The notes: generated from the sequence alone by a model not told the origin. Positions 51,386 to 62,196 are shown, counted from the stretch's first letter. The stretch: 64,000 nucleotides of DNA from Alphaproteobacteria bacterium (GCA_964291285.2 OZ219786.1:128001-192000); one strand, 5' to 3'. Made by a program: numbers and translations.

Positions 51386-52837
51386 GGTCGTGTCCCCAGG
51401 GGTGGTGTAGGAGCTGAAGCTTCCGGTGGTAGCTGTGGGTAAGTGGCCCGCCGCCGCGACCGTCTGGAGTCAGGCGGCGGCGGGCCACTTACCCACAGCG
51501 GAGGCCATCGCGGTGCCGGTTAGGGTTGGGCTGTCACAGTCCACCTGACCGGAGGAGTACCACGATGACCACCACCGACATGATGACCCTGCGGGCGCTG
51601 TTGGAGAAGAGTTCCGACGCCGACCTGCTTCGCGAGATGATCGGGTTCACGGCCGCGCGTCTGATGGCGCTTGAGGTTGAGGGCCTTGCGGGCGCCGCGC
51701 ACGGCGAGCGCTCGCCGGACCGGATCACGCAGCGCAACGGCTACCGGGACCGGGTCTGGGAGACGCGGGCCGGCACGGTCGAACTGAAGATCCCGAAGCT
51801 GCGCAAGGGGAGCTACTTCCCGGGCTTCCTTGAACCGCGGCGGATGGCGGAGAAGGCGCTGACGGCGGTGATCCAGGAGGCCTACATCAAGGGCGTATCG
51901 ACCCGCTCGGTGGACGACCTGGTGCAGGCGATGGGCATGTCGGGCATCTCCAAGAGCCAGGTGTCGCGGCTGTGCGGCGAGATCGACGACAAGATCCGCG
52001 ACTTCCTCGACCGGCCGCTGGAGGGCGACTGGCCGTATCTCTGGCTTGACGCGACCTATGTGAAGATGCGCGAGGCCGGGCGCGTCGTCTCGGTCGCGGT
52101 CACCATCGCGGTGGCGGTCAACGATCAGGGCCGGCGCGAGGTGCTCGGCATGGCGATCGGCGCGTCCGAGGCCGAGACCTTCTGGACCGACTTCCTGCGC
52201 TCGCTCGCCCGCCGCGGCCTGCGCGGCGTCAAGCTGGTGATCTCCGACGACCACAAGGGCCTGAAGGCCGCCGCCACCCGCATCTTCGGCGCCACCTGGC
52301 AGAGATGCCGCGTCCACTTCATGCGCAACCTGCTCGCCCATGCCGGCAAGCAGGGCCGGCGCGTCGTCTCCGCCTTCGTCACTACCGCCTTCGCCCAGGA
52401 GGATGCAGACAGCGCCTCCGCCCAGTGGCGCCAGGTCGCCGACCAGCTCAGGCCCAAGGCGCCAAAGCTCGCCGCCATCATGGACGAGGCCGAGCACGAT
52501 GTTCTCGCCTACATGACCTTCCCGGCCGCGCACCGCGCCAAGCTGCACTCGACAAACCCGCTCGAACGCCTCCACGGCGAGATCAAGCGGCGCACAAACA
52601 CCGTCGGCATCTTCCCCAACGAGGACGCCATCACCCGGCTGATCGGCGCAATCCTGCTCGAGCAGAACGATGAATGGGCAGTCCAGAGAGCCAGATACAT
52701 GACGCTGGAATCCATCGCTCCCGTGAGCGACAATACAACCGTCAAGTTGCCCGCCGTGGCAGCCTGAGCGTTCCGGCCCTACCCGCCGGACACCGCTACG
52801 GACGCCAGGCTCTTACACCACCCGCGGGGGCACGATC
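51386..52837 (+). mobile_element. IS256-family insertion sequence
   Basis: Imperfect terminal IRs (GGTCGTGTCCCC..GGTGGTGTA / TACACCACC..GGGGCACGATC); 8-bp target duplication CCCGGACG at 51378-51385 and 52838-52845. Confidence 0.93.
51565..52767 (+). CDS. IS256 family transposase
   Basis: [46 protein letters not shown]. Confidence 0.96.
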   Translation: MTTTDMMTLRALLEKSSDADLLREMIGFTAARLMALEVEGLAGAAHGERSPDRITQRNGYRDRVWETRAGTVELKIPKLRKGSYFPGFLEPRRMAEKALTAVIQEAYIKGVSTRSVDDLVQAMGMSGISKSQVSRLCGEIDDKIRDFLDRPLEGDWPYLWLDATYVKMREAGRVVSVAVTIAVAVNDQGRREVLGMAIGASEAETFWTDFLRSLARRGLRGVKLVISDDHKGLKAAATRIFGATWQRCRVHFMRNLLAHAGKQGRRVVSAFVTTAFAQEDADSASAQWRQVADQLRPKAPKLAAIMDEAEHDVLAYMTFPAAHRAKLHSTNPLERLHGEIKRRTNTVGIFPNEDAITRLIGAILLEQNDEWAVQRARYMTLESIAPVSDNTTVKLPAVAA

Positions 52838-54039
52838 CCCGGACGCGAATCGCGCTTTCGGGGCGAACGACGTCGTAATGGTATTTATTGTCCCAGGCGC
52901 AGATCGACGCATCGCATTGGGTCATGCCGATCAACGCGAAGGCGCGGGCCAGCTCGATGAAGGAGAGGCCCCGGTCCTGCAGAAGCTGCATGGCAATGTA
53001 GATCATGTGCCCCGGTGGGGTGATGCCCCAGGGGCCGTCTTCCCAGAAAAGCGCGATCTCCGATTCGTCGGCGGTCCTGATACTGCTGTCCATGCCTCCG
53101 AGGCGGCGGATGGTGTCGAACTCTTCGGCAAACTCCGGGCTTGCGGCGTCGTAGAATCCGGCCACCCGGAATTGCGCCCCGCTTGTCATCGTCCATGGCT
53201 TGATCTTGCCGTGGCCGGGATAGAGGCAACGGTCGAAGGAAGCGAATGCGGGCCCGGGCGACGCGCCATAGAACGGGCCTGTCGGGCTCCATCGCAATGA
53301 ATCCGCTCGACGAAGGTAACGTCCGAGATAGTAGTTGACCTCGCTCGGCTCCGAGCCGTCATCCGTGCGCATGTCGAGCACCCGGCGGCCCGCGGCACGG
53401 CCCCACTCAACGCCGAGCGACTTCGCCTCGCCGTCGGGAAACCGGCTCAGAAAACCGATGCGCTCGAACAGGAACGGCTGCTGAAACGCCTCGGCCGCCG
53501 CTGTGGCGAAGGCGACGCCGTAGGCCACCTCCGGATTGGCCCCGCGCGGACCCTGTCCGATGCCGAAGGGCTTGTCGTAAGCCTGGACGATGCCGTTGGC
53601 AGCCAGGAAGCCGGCGGCAGTGGCCAGCCCGTAATTGTACGCAGCGCGAGGGGTCAGAACCCTCTGGTCCCGGATCTGCTGCAAGGCGGTGTCCACCCAC
53701 AGGAAAACCGTGTTCCGGTTCTGCGGCTTCAGGATCTGGCTCGTATAGGACGAGCGATGCCCCTGCGAGGCTACATGCGGGCCGGCGCAGCCCGCCATGG
53801 ACAAGGTGGAGGCCGCAGCGGCGGCGGCAGTGAGAAACTGCCGTCTGGTGTGGCTCATGACAGTCCTTTCGGTTCTGAACTGGACAGACGGGAACGGATG
53901 CGCAGCCGGATGCTGCGCCCTGCCGGAAAAAGGGGCTGAAGAAGCGGCGCCGGGCCGCCGGCTTATGCGACCGCGGGCACCGAAAGAACGAGCGTCATGC
54001 CGAAGAGGAGTGCGGCTCCGGCTTCGTTCCGACGCCGCA

Positions 54040-54370
54040 CGGCACTCCGAATTCGATCAGAGCGCTCGGGATAAAGTTAATGTTAAGGTGGATGATGAAA
54101 ACCTTGTGAACAAAAATTGGTCATTTCTGCAAAAATAATAAAGGAGAATGACGAAATTTTATTCACGAAGCCACGGTCACCGGAACCAGTGCAATAACGC
54201 AACAGTTCGTCTGGCCTGTCTGCTTTTTCCCTCATTATGATTTTGCCCAACTGGTATCGTTCTATCGCACCGACAATGTCAGTGCATTGCTTGATATTAT
54301 GTATCATAAAAGAAAGCAATATTATCTATATAGCAATTCATGGCGACATTTTGGCGCTCTATTGTTTACG
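54040..54370. promoter_or_regulatory. AT-rich upstream region of the haloperoxidase-porin operon
   Basis: Strong AT enrichment against the background; inverted repeat ATTGCTT..AAGCAAT at about 54286-54320. Confidence 0.45.
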
Positions 54371-54495
54371 CGAGTTTTCCCGGGCATGCGCATTGGCGCA
54401 ACCGGGGCTGGACATACAGGCCGCAGCCCTGCGGTCCGCCCTGCGCAGCTTATCTGCAAACCGGAAATCGCGGCCCCGTCGGACCGGATGCAGGG

Positions 54496-54876
54496 TTACT
54501 CGACGGCGATGAGCGCGGCAGCGACGCGGCGGTCTTCCGCCATCAGCACATTGAAGGTGCGGCATGCCGCGCCGGTGTCCATGGCGTCGGCGACCATGCC
54601 CTCGGCCCGGATCGCGTCGCGCAGCGCCCGGGGCAGGAGTTCCGCCCGGCCGCCGCAGCCGATCAGCAGGATTTCCGGGATGTCCTCCCCTTCGGTCAGC
54701 GGCATCAGGCTTTCCAGCGTGAGGTCCCGGAACTCCGCCACGGGCCAGGGCAGGACCGCGTCGGGGCGGAGCAGCACGGAACCCGTCCAGACGGCGCCGG
54801 AAATCCGGAAGCGCCCGCCCCCGTAGCCTTCGACGACCTGCCGGCCTTGCGGGACGACAGGGCTGATGTCGGTCAT
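54496..54876 (-). CDS. Mth938-like (DUF498) protein
   Basis: YGGGRFRI, MDTGAACRTFNVL..EDRRVAAALI; downstream of secF. Confidence 0.9.
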   Translation of the reverse strand: MTDISPVVPQGRQVVEGYGGGRFRISGAVWTGSVLLRPDAVLPWPVAEFRDLTLESLMPLTEGEDIPEILLIGCGGRAELLPRALRDAIRAEGMVADAMDTGAACRTFNVLMAEDRRVAAALIAVE

Positions 54877-55823
54877 CGGTCGCCGAGCGTGCGGGCGACT
54901 TCGGCGTCGTCGGGCAGGTCGTCCGTCGCGCTCGGGCGCACGCCCATCCACAACAGCGTGGCCGATGCGATCCAGACTGAGGAATAGGTGCCGATGATGA
55001 CGCCCCAGATCATCGCGAAGGCGAAATCGCGGATGACCTCGCCGCCGAGGAAGAACAGGGAAAGCAGCGCCAGCAGCGTGGTCACGGAGGTCATGACCGT
55101 GCGCGACAGGGTTTCGTTGACCGAGCGGTTCAGGAGGTCGGTCATCGGCAGGGTCTTGTAGCGGCGCAGGTTCTCGCGCACCCGGTCGAACACGACCACC
55201 GTGTCGTTGATCGAGTAGCCGGCAATGGTCAGCACCGCGGCCACTGTCGAGAGGTTGAACTCCAACTGGAGGATGGAGAAGATGCCCACCGTCGTGACGA
55301 CATCGTGGGCGAGCGCCAGCACCGCGCCCACGCCGAACTGCCATTCGAACCGGAACCAGATGTAGGCCATGATCGCAAGCAGCGCGAGCGCCACTGAAAT
55401 CGCGCCCGCCTCGATCAGCTCGCCGCCGACCTTGGGCCCGACGACCTCGACCCGCCGGTATTCCTCGACGCTGTCGCCGAGTGCCTCCTTCACGGCGGCG
55501 ACCGTGGCCTGCTGGGCCGCGTCGCCGCCCGGCTGCTGCTGTATGCGGATCAGCACGTCGGTCGGCTGTCCGAATTCCTGGAGGCCGACCTCGCCCCTGT
55601 CCAGTGCGGAGAGCGTCTGACGCATGGCCGAGATATCGGCCGGCCCCTTGGTGCGCACCTCGATCAGGGTGCCGCCGACGAAGTCGATGCCGAAATTCAG
55701 GCTCTGCACTGCGAGCGACGCCACCGCAGCCAGGATCAGCAGGATGGAGATGACATAGGCGCGCTTGCGCAGCGCGATGAACTGGAAACTGGTGTCGGGG
55801 GGAATCAGCCGTAACGGTCGCAT
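54873..55823 (-). CDS. secF: Protein translocase subunit SecF
   Basis: GIDFVGG, VGPKVGGEL, GYSINDTVVVFDRVRE. Confidence 0.97.
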   Translation of the reverse strand: MRPLRLIPPDTSFQFIALRKRAYVISILLILAAVASLAVQSLNFGIDFVGGTLIEVRTKGPADISAMRQTLSALDRGEVGLQEFGQPTDVLIRIQQQPGGDAAQQATVAAVKEALGDSVEEYRRVEVVGPKVGGELIEAGAISVALALLAIMAYIWFRFEWQFGVGAVLALAHDVVTTVGIFSILQLEFNLSTVAAVLTIAGYSINDTVVVFDRVRENLRRYKTLPMTDLLNRSVNETLSRTVMTSVTTLLALLSLFFLGGEVIRDFAFAMIWGVIIGTYSSVWIASATLLWMGVRPSATDDLPDDAEVARTLGDR

Positions 55824-55839
55824 CGTTCCTGCCCGCCCC

Positions 55840-57402
55840 TCAGATCGGCAACATTTGCGGGCGCCGGCGGCGGACCCAGAGGACGACCATCAGCCGCGTG
55901 ACCCAGATCGCCGTGAACATGGAGGTCATGATGCCGATGGCGAGCGTGACGGCGAACCCCTTGACCGGCCCGGAGCCGAACCAGAACAGCAGCGCTGCGG
56001 CGATCAGGGTGGTCAGGTTCGCATCGATGATGGTCTTGAGTGCGCGGTCGTAGCCGGCGTCTATCGCCCCGATCACGCCGCGCCCGACCCGCGCCTCCTC
56101 GCGGATGCGCTCGAAGATCAGCACATTGGCGTCCACCGCCATGCCGATGGTCAGCACGATGCCGGCAATGCCGGGAAGCGTGAGCGTCGCCTGAAGCAGC
56201 GACAGCGCGCCGAAAATGAGCGCCATGTTGAACACGAGCGCAACATTCGCCATGAGGCCGAAGAGGCCGTAGATCACCACCATGAACACCAGCACGGCGA
56301 CCATGCCGATGATGCTCGCCGCCTTGCCGGCGTCGATGGAGTCCTGCCCGAGACCGGGTCCGACCGTGCGCTCCTCCAGATAGACCAGCGGCGCGGGCAA
56401 CGCGCCGGCGCGCAGCAGCAGCGCGAGGTTCTGCGCCTCGGTGAGCGAGAAAGACCCCGAAATGATGCCGGAGCCGCCCAGGATCGGCTCGTTGATCCGG
56501 GGCGCGCTGATGACCTCGTTGTCGAGCACGATGGCCAGCGGCCGCCCGACATGCTCGCCCGTGGTGCGGCCGAACTGGCGCGCGCCCACCGAATCGAAGC
56601 GGAAGCTCACCACGGGCTGACCGTCCTGGAAGGTCTGCTGCGCGTCGACCAGGCGCTCGCCCGAAACCCGCACCCGCTTTTCGACGAGATAGTCGATGAC
56701 CTGCCCGAGCGGGTCCGTGCCTTTGTGCCAGCGCGCGCCCGGCGGCGCGGCGGCGGCCGGGTCCGCATTGCGCTGGTCCAGTAGGTGGAAGGTTAGCTTC
56801 GCCGTCTGGGTGAGCAGGTCCTTGATCGTGTCCGGGTCGTCCACGCCCGGAAGCTGCACGATGATGCGGTCCAGGCCATGGCGCTGGATCGTCGGCTCGC
56901 GAAGGCCGAGCTCGTTCAGCCGGATACGCAGGATTTCCAGCGTCTGTTCGACCGCCGCGCTCTCGACATCGACGACTACTTCCGGGGGATATTCCAGCCG
57001 GGCCGCCCCGGAATCGTCGATCTCGACCGTCACGAGGCTGTCGCGCTCGGCCACGAGCTGCCGGGCGCGTCCGATATCGCCGGCGTCGCGCAATGCGAAC
57101 ACCACGGCCCTGTCGCGCACGCCGAGCCCGCGATAGCCGATGCGCGCATCACGCAGGCTGCGGCGCACATTGTCTTCCACCGCCTCCAGGCGTTCCTTCA
57201 GCACGGCGCCCGTCTGCACCTCGATCAGCAGGTGCGCGCCACCCTGGAGGTCAAGGCCGAGATTGACGGTCTTGTGCGGAATCCAGCTCGGCAGGTTCGT
57301 GCCGAGATTGTCCGACCGCCAGAAATTAGGCGATGCGTAAACCAGGCCGAGCGCGCAAATCGCCAGGATGACGACGATCTTCCACCTGGCGAAGTAGAGC
57401 AT
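55840..57402 (-). CDS. secD: Protein translocase subunit SecD
   Basis: LGLDLQGG, LRAGALPA, GMAVDANVLIFERIREE. Confidence 0.97.
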   Translation of the reverse strand: MLYFARWKIVVILAICALGLVYASPNFWRSDNLGTNLPSWIPHKTVNLGLDLQGGAHLLIEVQTGAVLKERLEAVEDNVRRSLRDARIGYRGLGVRDRAVVFALRDAGDIGRARQLVAERDSLVTVEIDDSGAARLEYPPEVVVDVESAAVEQTLEILRIRLNELGLREPTIQRHGLDRIIVQLPGVDDPDTIKDLLTQTAKLTFHLLDQRNADPAAAAPPGARWHKGTDPLGQVIDYLVEKRVRVSGERLVDAQQTFQDGQPVVSFRFDSVGARQFGRTTGEHVGRPLAIVLDNEVISAPRINEPILGGSGIISGSFSLTEAQNLALLLRAGALPAPLVYLEERTVGPGLGQDSIDAGKAASIIGMVAVLVFMVVIYGLFGLMANVALVFNMALIFGALSLLQATLTLPGIAGIVLTIGMAVDANVLIFERIREEARVGRGVIGAIDAGYDRALKTIIDANLTTLIAAALLFWFGSGPVKGFAVTLAIGIMTSMFTAIWVTRLMVVLWVRRRRPQMLPI

Positions 57403-57408
57403 TGCCGG

Positions 57409-57795
57409 TTAGTTGCCCCTGCGGCCGAACAGTCCGCCGAGAAGGCTGCCGCCCCCGGCCGGACCGGCCGGCGCGGCAGCCTGGGCCTGACCGGGCTTGC
57501 TCAGCACATCGGTGATCTGCGAGCGGACCATGCGCACCCGCACGCCTTCCGCTATCTCCACCAGCACTTCATGCTCGTTGCTGACGCGGGCGACCACGCC
57601 CATGATCCCGCCGGCGGTCACAACCCTGTCACCGCGCCGGAGTGCGGCCACGAGTTCGCGATGCGCCCTGGCCTTCTTCTGCTGCGGGCGGATCAGCAGG
57701 AAGTAGAACACGACGAAGATGAGGATGATCGGCAACAGGCCGGTCAGCATGTCGCCGCCGCCGCCCGACTGCGCGTAGGCCGGTGAGATCAGCAT
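57409..57795 (-). CDS. yajC: Preprotein translocase subunit YajC
   Basis: FYFLLIRPQQK, GDRVVTAGGI. Confidence 0.96.
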   Translation of the reverse strand: MLISPAYAQSGGGGDMLTGLLPIILIFVVFYFLLIRPQQKKARAHRELVAALRRGDRVVTAGGIMGVVARVSNEHEVLVEIAEGVRVRMVRSQITDVLSKPGQAQAAAPAGPAGGGSLLGGLFGRRGN

Positions 57796-57862
57796 GGAAG
57801 GTCCCTCCGAAAGGACGCGCGACTATAGCCGCAGAAGCCGCCTGCGCAAGGGTTGACCCGGA

Positions 57863-58669
57863 TCAGGCCGAGGGCTCGGCGCCGAGGTCGAGCACGATGC
57901 CTTCGAGCTCGGCGCTCGGGGCGGGATAACGCGCCGTCACCAGCTTGTCGTGGCCGGGAACCAGCCGCTCGAGCGAGCCCGCAAGCGCCAGGCAGCGCCG
58001 ATAGCCTTCCACCATCTTCGCGAGGTCGTAGAAGATCGCAAACGGCCGCTCGTCCGTGACTTCCTCGAACAGATGGACGGCATCGGAGGCGAGCAGGATC
58101 CAGCCCCGCCTGCTGTGGACGCGGAGCACCGTCTGGCCGCGCGCGTGGCCGCCGATCAGGTGCGATTCGAGGCCAGGCGCGATTTCGACCACCGGATCGG
58201 TGTCGAAGCGCAGCCGGTCTTCATAGACGAGCTGCACCAGCGCCTGGGTGTCGCGCAAATGGTTGGCGTGGCGGAAGGCCGGATGCGTCATGTCCGGCCC
58301 GGTGATCGAAGTCATCTCCTCGGCATGCATGCGGAAGGAAGCCGCCGGGTAATCGGCGAGATTGCCGACATGGTCGAAATGCGCGTGGGTCAACAAAACG
58401 TCGGACGCCGTCTTCGCATCGACGCCGAGCCGGGCCAGCACGGCCGCCGGGTCGTGCCGGAACATGCGGCCGCCCTCGCCGGAAATGTCGGCTTTGAAGC
58501 CGGTATCGACGATCCAGGTCCGCCCGGCCCCGGTGATGACATAGGTGAAGAAGTCGAGGCCCGGGATCATCTTCGCCGGGTCGCCGCCCATGAAGGTCGA
58601 GCCTTCGGGGCGCTCTTTCTGTTCGCCATAGCGGATTGCGAAGACATCGTAGGACGGCAGGCCGGTCAT
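57863..58669 (-). CDS. MBL-fold hydrolase, N-acyl homoserine lactonase family
   Basis: VDTG, THAHFDHVG, GGHARG, LASDA, PGHD. Confidence 0.82.
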   Translation of the reverse strand: MTGLPSYDVFAIRYGEQKERPEGSTFMGGDPAKMIPGLDFFTYVITGAGRTWIVDTGFKADISGEGGRMFRHDPAAVLARLGVDAKTASDVLLTHAHFDHVGNLADYPAASFRMHAEEMTSITGPDMTHPAFRHANHLRDTQALVQLVYEDRLRFDTDPVVEIAPGLESHLIGGHARGQTVLRVHSRRGWILLASDAVHLFEEVTDERPFAIFYDLAKMVEGYRRCLALAGSLERLVPGHDKLVTARYPAPSAELEGIVLDLGAEPSA

Positions 58670-58707
58670 GCGGGCTTTCTCCGATACTGCTAATGTGCCG
58701 CGCCCCG

Positions 58708-59544
58708 ATGGAGGACGGCTCCCTGGCGCCCAGTCTAGCACCGACCGTCAGTATTCTGGTCCCATGTTTCGAGGCCGCCGAAACGATCGGCAAGGCGGTC
58801 GAAAGCGCGCTCGCCCAGACGTTCGACGACCTCGAGGTGGTGCTCGCCTCCGACGACGGCGAGGACTATGCGGCCATGCTGGACTGCGCGGACCCGCGCC
58901 TCCGGCAGGTCTCCACGGGACGGACCGGCAGCGGCGACGGGCCCGCCCGCAATGCCGCGCTTGCTGCGGCGAGGGGACGGTTCGTCGCCAATCTGGACGC
59001 CGACGACGCCATGCGCCCGGAGCGCATGGCCTTCATGCTGCCCTTCGCCGAGCGCCACGGCGCCGCAGTGGACAACACGGCGCTTTGGATCGAGGGGCGC
59101 CTCGCCAAGACGGCGTTCCCGCCGACCCCGGCCGATTTCCGGCTGACGGCTGAAGCCGTCCTCGCCCCGCGCCTGCCGATGAACGCGCTCGTCCGTCGCG
59201 AGGTCGCCGGCGGGGGCTGGCGCGCCTTCGACTTCTGCAGCGATGTTGTATTCAACCTCGAAGTGCTGAGCCGCTGCCCGGAATTCCGCGGCCTCGCGCG
59301 GACCGGCTACGACTACATCAAGCGCGACGGCTCGATCACCCAGTCGCCGGACACGGCCGATCGGGCAGCGCGCGGCTATGCCGCAATCGTCGCCGCCATA
59401 GATGCGGGCGGTCTCGACCTCACTCCCGAAATCGCTGCAGCGGCCCGCGCGGAATTCGCCGCCAACGCCGGCGCCAACGAGACGTTCCGGGCGGCCCGGG
59501 ACGCCGGCGAAGTCGAGAATCTGGAAGCCTGGCTGGCGTCATGA
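58708..59544 (+). CDS. Glycosyltransferase family 2
   Basis: VSILVPCFEA, ARNAAL, NLDADD. Confidence 0.85.
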   Translation: MEDGSLAPSLAPTVSILVPCFEAAETIGKAVESALAQTFDDLEVVLASDDGEDYAAMLDCADPRLRQVSTGRTGSGDGPARNAALAAARGRFVANLDADDAMRPERMAFMLPFAERHGAAVDNTALWIEGRLAKTAFPPTPADFRLTAEAVLAPRLPMNALVRREVAGGGWRAFDFCSDVVFNLEVLSRCPEFRGLARTGYDYIKRDGSITQSPDTADRAARGYAAIVAAIDAGGLDLTPEIAAAARAEFAANAGANETFRAARDAGEVENLEAWLAS

Positions 59545-60275
59545 CGGTGGTGCTGGTGACGGGCGCGGCGCGGCGGATCGGCCGTCATCTGGCGCTCGGC
59601 TTCGGGCAGGCGGGCTGTTGCGTTGGCATCCACTACAACGGCTCGCGGCGGGACGCGGAGACGCTTGCGGCGCGAATCGAGCGGACGGCCCTGCTTCCCG
59701 CCGACCTTTCCGAATGGAATGCCGCGGAGGCCCTGATCGCCGGTTGCGAGGCTGCGCTCGGGCCGGTGGACGTGCTCATCAACTGTGCATCCACCTTCGA
59801 GTATGACGACATGGAAACGCTGGAGGCCGGGACCTGGGGGCGCAATATCGCCGTCAATCTGGCGGCCCCGGTCAATCTCATCCGAGCCATTGCCGCACGC
59901 GGACGACCGGCCGTGGCCGTCAATTTCCTCGATTTCAAAGTCTGGCGGCCAAGTGCGTCCTTCCTGTCCTACACGCTTGCCAAGACAGCACTCCAGAATG
60001 CAACGACGATGCTGGCGCAGGCGCTGGCGCCGAACGTGCGCGTCAACGCGGTGGCGCCCGGCGTGGTGCTGCCGAGCGGCGGGCAGAGCGCCGACGAATA
60101 TCGGGCCGTCGTCCGCTCCACCCTGCTTGAGCGCGAGATTGCGCTGGACGACCTGTTCCGGGCCGTGCGCTACCTGGTCGAGACCGAAAGCGTGACCGGG
60201 GAAACGCTTTATGTTGACGCCGGATTCCGCTTTCAGGACTATGAGGACGTCGAGACGGCGATGATCGAGGAATGA
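59541..60275 (+). CDS. SDR, pteridine reductase/FolM-like
   Basis: TGAARRIG, IHYNGS, NCASTF, SYTLAK; adjacent to folB. Confidence 0.82.
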   Translation: MTVVLVTGAARRIGRHLALGFGQAGCCVGIHYNGSRRDAETLAARIERTALLPADLSEWNAAEALIAGCEAALGPVDVLINCASTFEYDDMETLEAGTWGRNIAVNLAAPVNLIRAIAARGRPAVAVNFLDFKVWRPSASFLSYTLAKTALQNATTMLAQALAPNVRVNAVAPGVVLPSGGQSADEYRAVVRSTLLEREIALDDLFRAVRYLVETESVTGETLYVDAGFRFQDYEDVETAMIEE

Positions 60276-60637
60276 CGCGGACCTGGCAGCGTGTAGCCCT
60301 CGAAGGCATTGCGGTCGAGGCAAGGGTGGGCATTGCAGACTGGGAACGCCACCCCGACAGGCGCCAGCGCCTGCTCGTCGACGTCGAGATGACGCGGCCC
60401 GAATGGGAAACGGCCCGGAGTATCGAGGACTGCATCGATTACGACCGTGTCTATCGGCATGTGACCTCCGAGTGGCCCGACCGCCCGCACACCGACCTGC
60501 TGGAGACGCTGGTGGACGAGCTTCTGGAGCTTTGTCTGCAGGATCCGAGGGTCGCCTGGTGCCGCGTCCGGGTGCGCAAGCCGGACGTCTATAACGGACG
60601 CGCCGTGCCGCTTGTCGAGGCTGCGCGCGAGCGATGA
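60272..60637 (+). CDS. folB: Dihydroneopterin aldolase
   Basis: VGIADWER..QRLLVDV, IDYD, LLETL, VRKPD. Confidence 0.82.
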   Translation: MTRTWQRVALEGIAVEARVGIADWERHPDRRQRLLVDVEMTRPEWETARSIEDCIDYDRVYRHVTSEWPDRPHTDLLETLVDELLELCLQDPRVAWCRVRVRKPDVYNGRAVPLVEAARER

Positions 60638-62196
60638 TTTCCGAAGCGGTCCGGACCGCTCGCACGCTGCCCGGCCTGCTGAACGCTCTTGCGGAGAGCG
60701 CGCCCGGGCACGAGTTCCTGGTCTATCGCGACGAACGATGGACCTACGGCGCCTTCCGCGAAGAAGTCGCTCGGATCGCCGCCGGGCTCCATGCGCGCGG
60801 CATCCGCCGGGGCGATAATGTCGGCGTTCTGATGGGCAATTGTGCGGAGTGGCTCACGGTCATGTTCGCGGCGCTTTCACTCGGCGCACGGGTCGTGGCC
60901 GTCAATACCTGGTTCCGCACCCACGAGCTTCGCCATGTCTTCACCAGGGCGGACATCAGGCTTCTGGTCGCCTCCGACCGCTATCTCCGCCAGGACTATC
61001 CCGCCCTGCTCCGCGAGGCCGGCGCGTTCGGAAAGGTGGAAACCGTCGTCATTCTGGGCGATACGCCGCCCGACGCCTTGCCCTATTCCGCGCTGCGCCG
61101 CGAGCCTGGTGTCTTCCCGGACCCGGAGCCGGACGATGTGGCGCAAATCCTCTTCACCTCCGGCACGACGGCCATGCCGAAGGGTGCGCAGCTCACCCAT
61201 CGCGGAATCATCGAGAACATGCGCGCCATCGGCGAGCGGATGCGCCTCGGGCCCGAGGACCGGGTCTGGCTCGCAATCAATCTCTTCTGGAGCTTCGCCG
61301 CCGCCAACGCCCTCGGGGCTGCTCTTACCCACGGGGCGACCATAGTCCTCCAGCACGCCTTCGAGCCGGGCGAGGCGATGGCGCTAATCGAACGGGAACG
61401 CTGCTCCGTCTTCTACGGCATGCCCAACATGGCGTACGCGATGTGGGAGCATCCCGACCGGCCGGGGCGGGACCTTTCGTCCCTGCGGACCGGGCTCTCC
61501 ATCGGCACGCCCGGCGACATGGCGCTTATCGAACGGCTCGGGGTCAAGCGAATCCTTCAGGTTTACGGCCTGACAGAAGCCTATGGGAATTCAACAGTTT
61601 GCGACTATGACGACCCCCTGGAAATTCGGCACACGACATGCGGGCAGCCGTTGCCGGGGCAGGAGTTCCGTCTCGTCGACCCCGAAACGGGTCGCGACGG
61701 CGAGCGGGGCGAAATCTGGCTGCGCGGGCGGAATACACCCGGCTATTTCAACGATGCGGAACGCGCTTCCGAAATCTTCACCGCGGACGGCTGGATGAAG
61801 ACAGGAGACCTTGCGGCCTGGGACGAAGGGGGCCGCCTGCTTTTCCTCGGGCGCCTCAAGGAAATGCTGAAATCGGGCGGCATCAACATCGCGCCGCGCG
61901 AAATCGAGACATTCCTGCAGAACCGGCCCGGAGTCGCGGAAGCCTATGTCGTCGGCCTGCCGGACCCCGTGAAGGGCGAGGTGCCCGTGGCCGTCGTAGT
62001 CGCAGAACCGGGCGCGTCCCTCGATACGGATATTCTGAGACGGGCCTGCCGGGCGGAACTCGCCGCCTACAAGACGCCGCAGCGCATCGAGATCATCGAG
62101 CGCGCAGCCTTGCCGGTCACCGCGACCGGCAAGGTCCGCAAGCTCGACCTCGCCGAGCGGCTGGCCCGGCAGCCGTCGTCGGGCCAGTCTGCATGA
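60634..62196 (+). CDS. AMP-binding acyl-CoA synthetase
   Basis: FTSGTTAMPKG, YGLTE, TGDL, GRLKEMLKSGG. Confidence 0.9.
   Translation: MISEAVRTARTLPGLLNALAESAPGHEFLVYRDERWTYGAFREEVARIAAGLHARGIRRGDNVGVLMGNCAEWLTVMFAALSLGARVVAVNTWFRTHELRHVFTRADIRLLVASDRYLRQDYPALLREAGAFGKVETVVILGDTPPDALPYSALRREPGVFPDPEPDDVAQILFTSGTTAMPKGAQLTHRGIIENMRAIGERMRLGPEDRVWLAINLFWSFAAANALGAALTHGATIVLQHAFEPGEAMALIERERCSVFYGMPNMAYAMWEHPDRPGRDLSSLRTGLSIGTPGDMALIERLGVKRILQVYGLTEAYGNSTVCDYDDPLEIRHTTCGQPLPGQEFRLVDPETGRDGERGEIWLRGRNTPGYFNDAERASEIFTADGWMKTGDLAAWDEGGRLLFLGRLKEMLKSGGINIAPREIETFLQNRPGVAEAYVVGLPDPVKGEVPVAVVVAEPGASLDTDILRRACRAELAAYKTPQRIEIIERAALPVTATGKVRKLDLAERLARQPSSGQSA

Larger units (their letters stand above)
51007..53858 (-). 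pseudogene. Tat-lipoprotein vanadium-dependent haloperoxidase (PAP2 superfamily) interrupted by IS256
   Basis: TRRQFL..MAGC signal; KYHYDVVRP, PAYTSGHSTF and SRLYGGVHW vanadate motifs; halves join in frame (AIRVR-APAFRNPD) to give about 463 aa. Confidence 0.85.

Noticed and set aside
54340-54356. Sigma54-like TGGC-N9-GC motif
   Set aside because: Weak match, and it points toward the 3' end of a convergent gene
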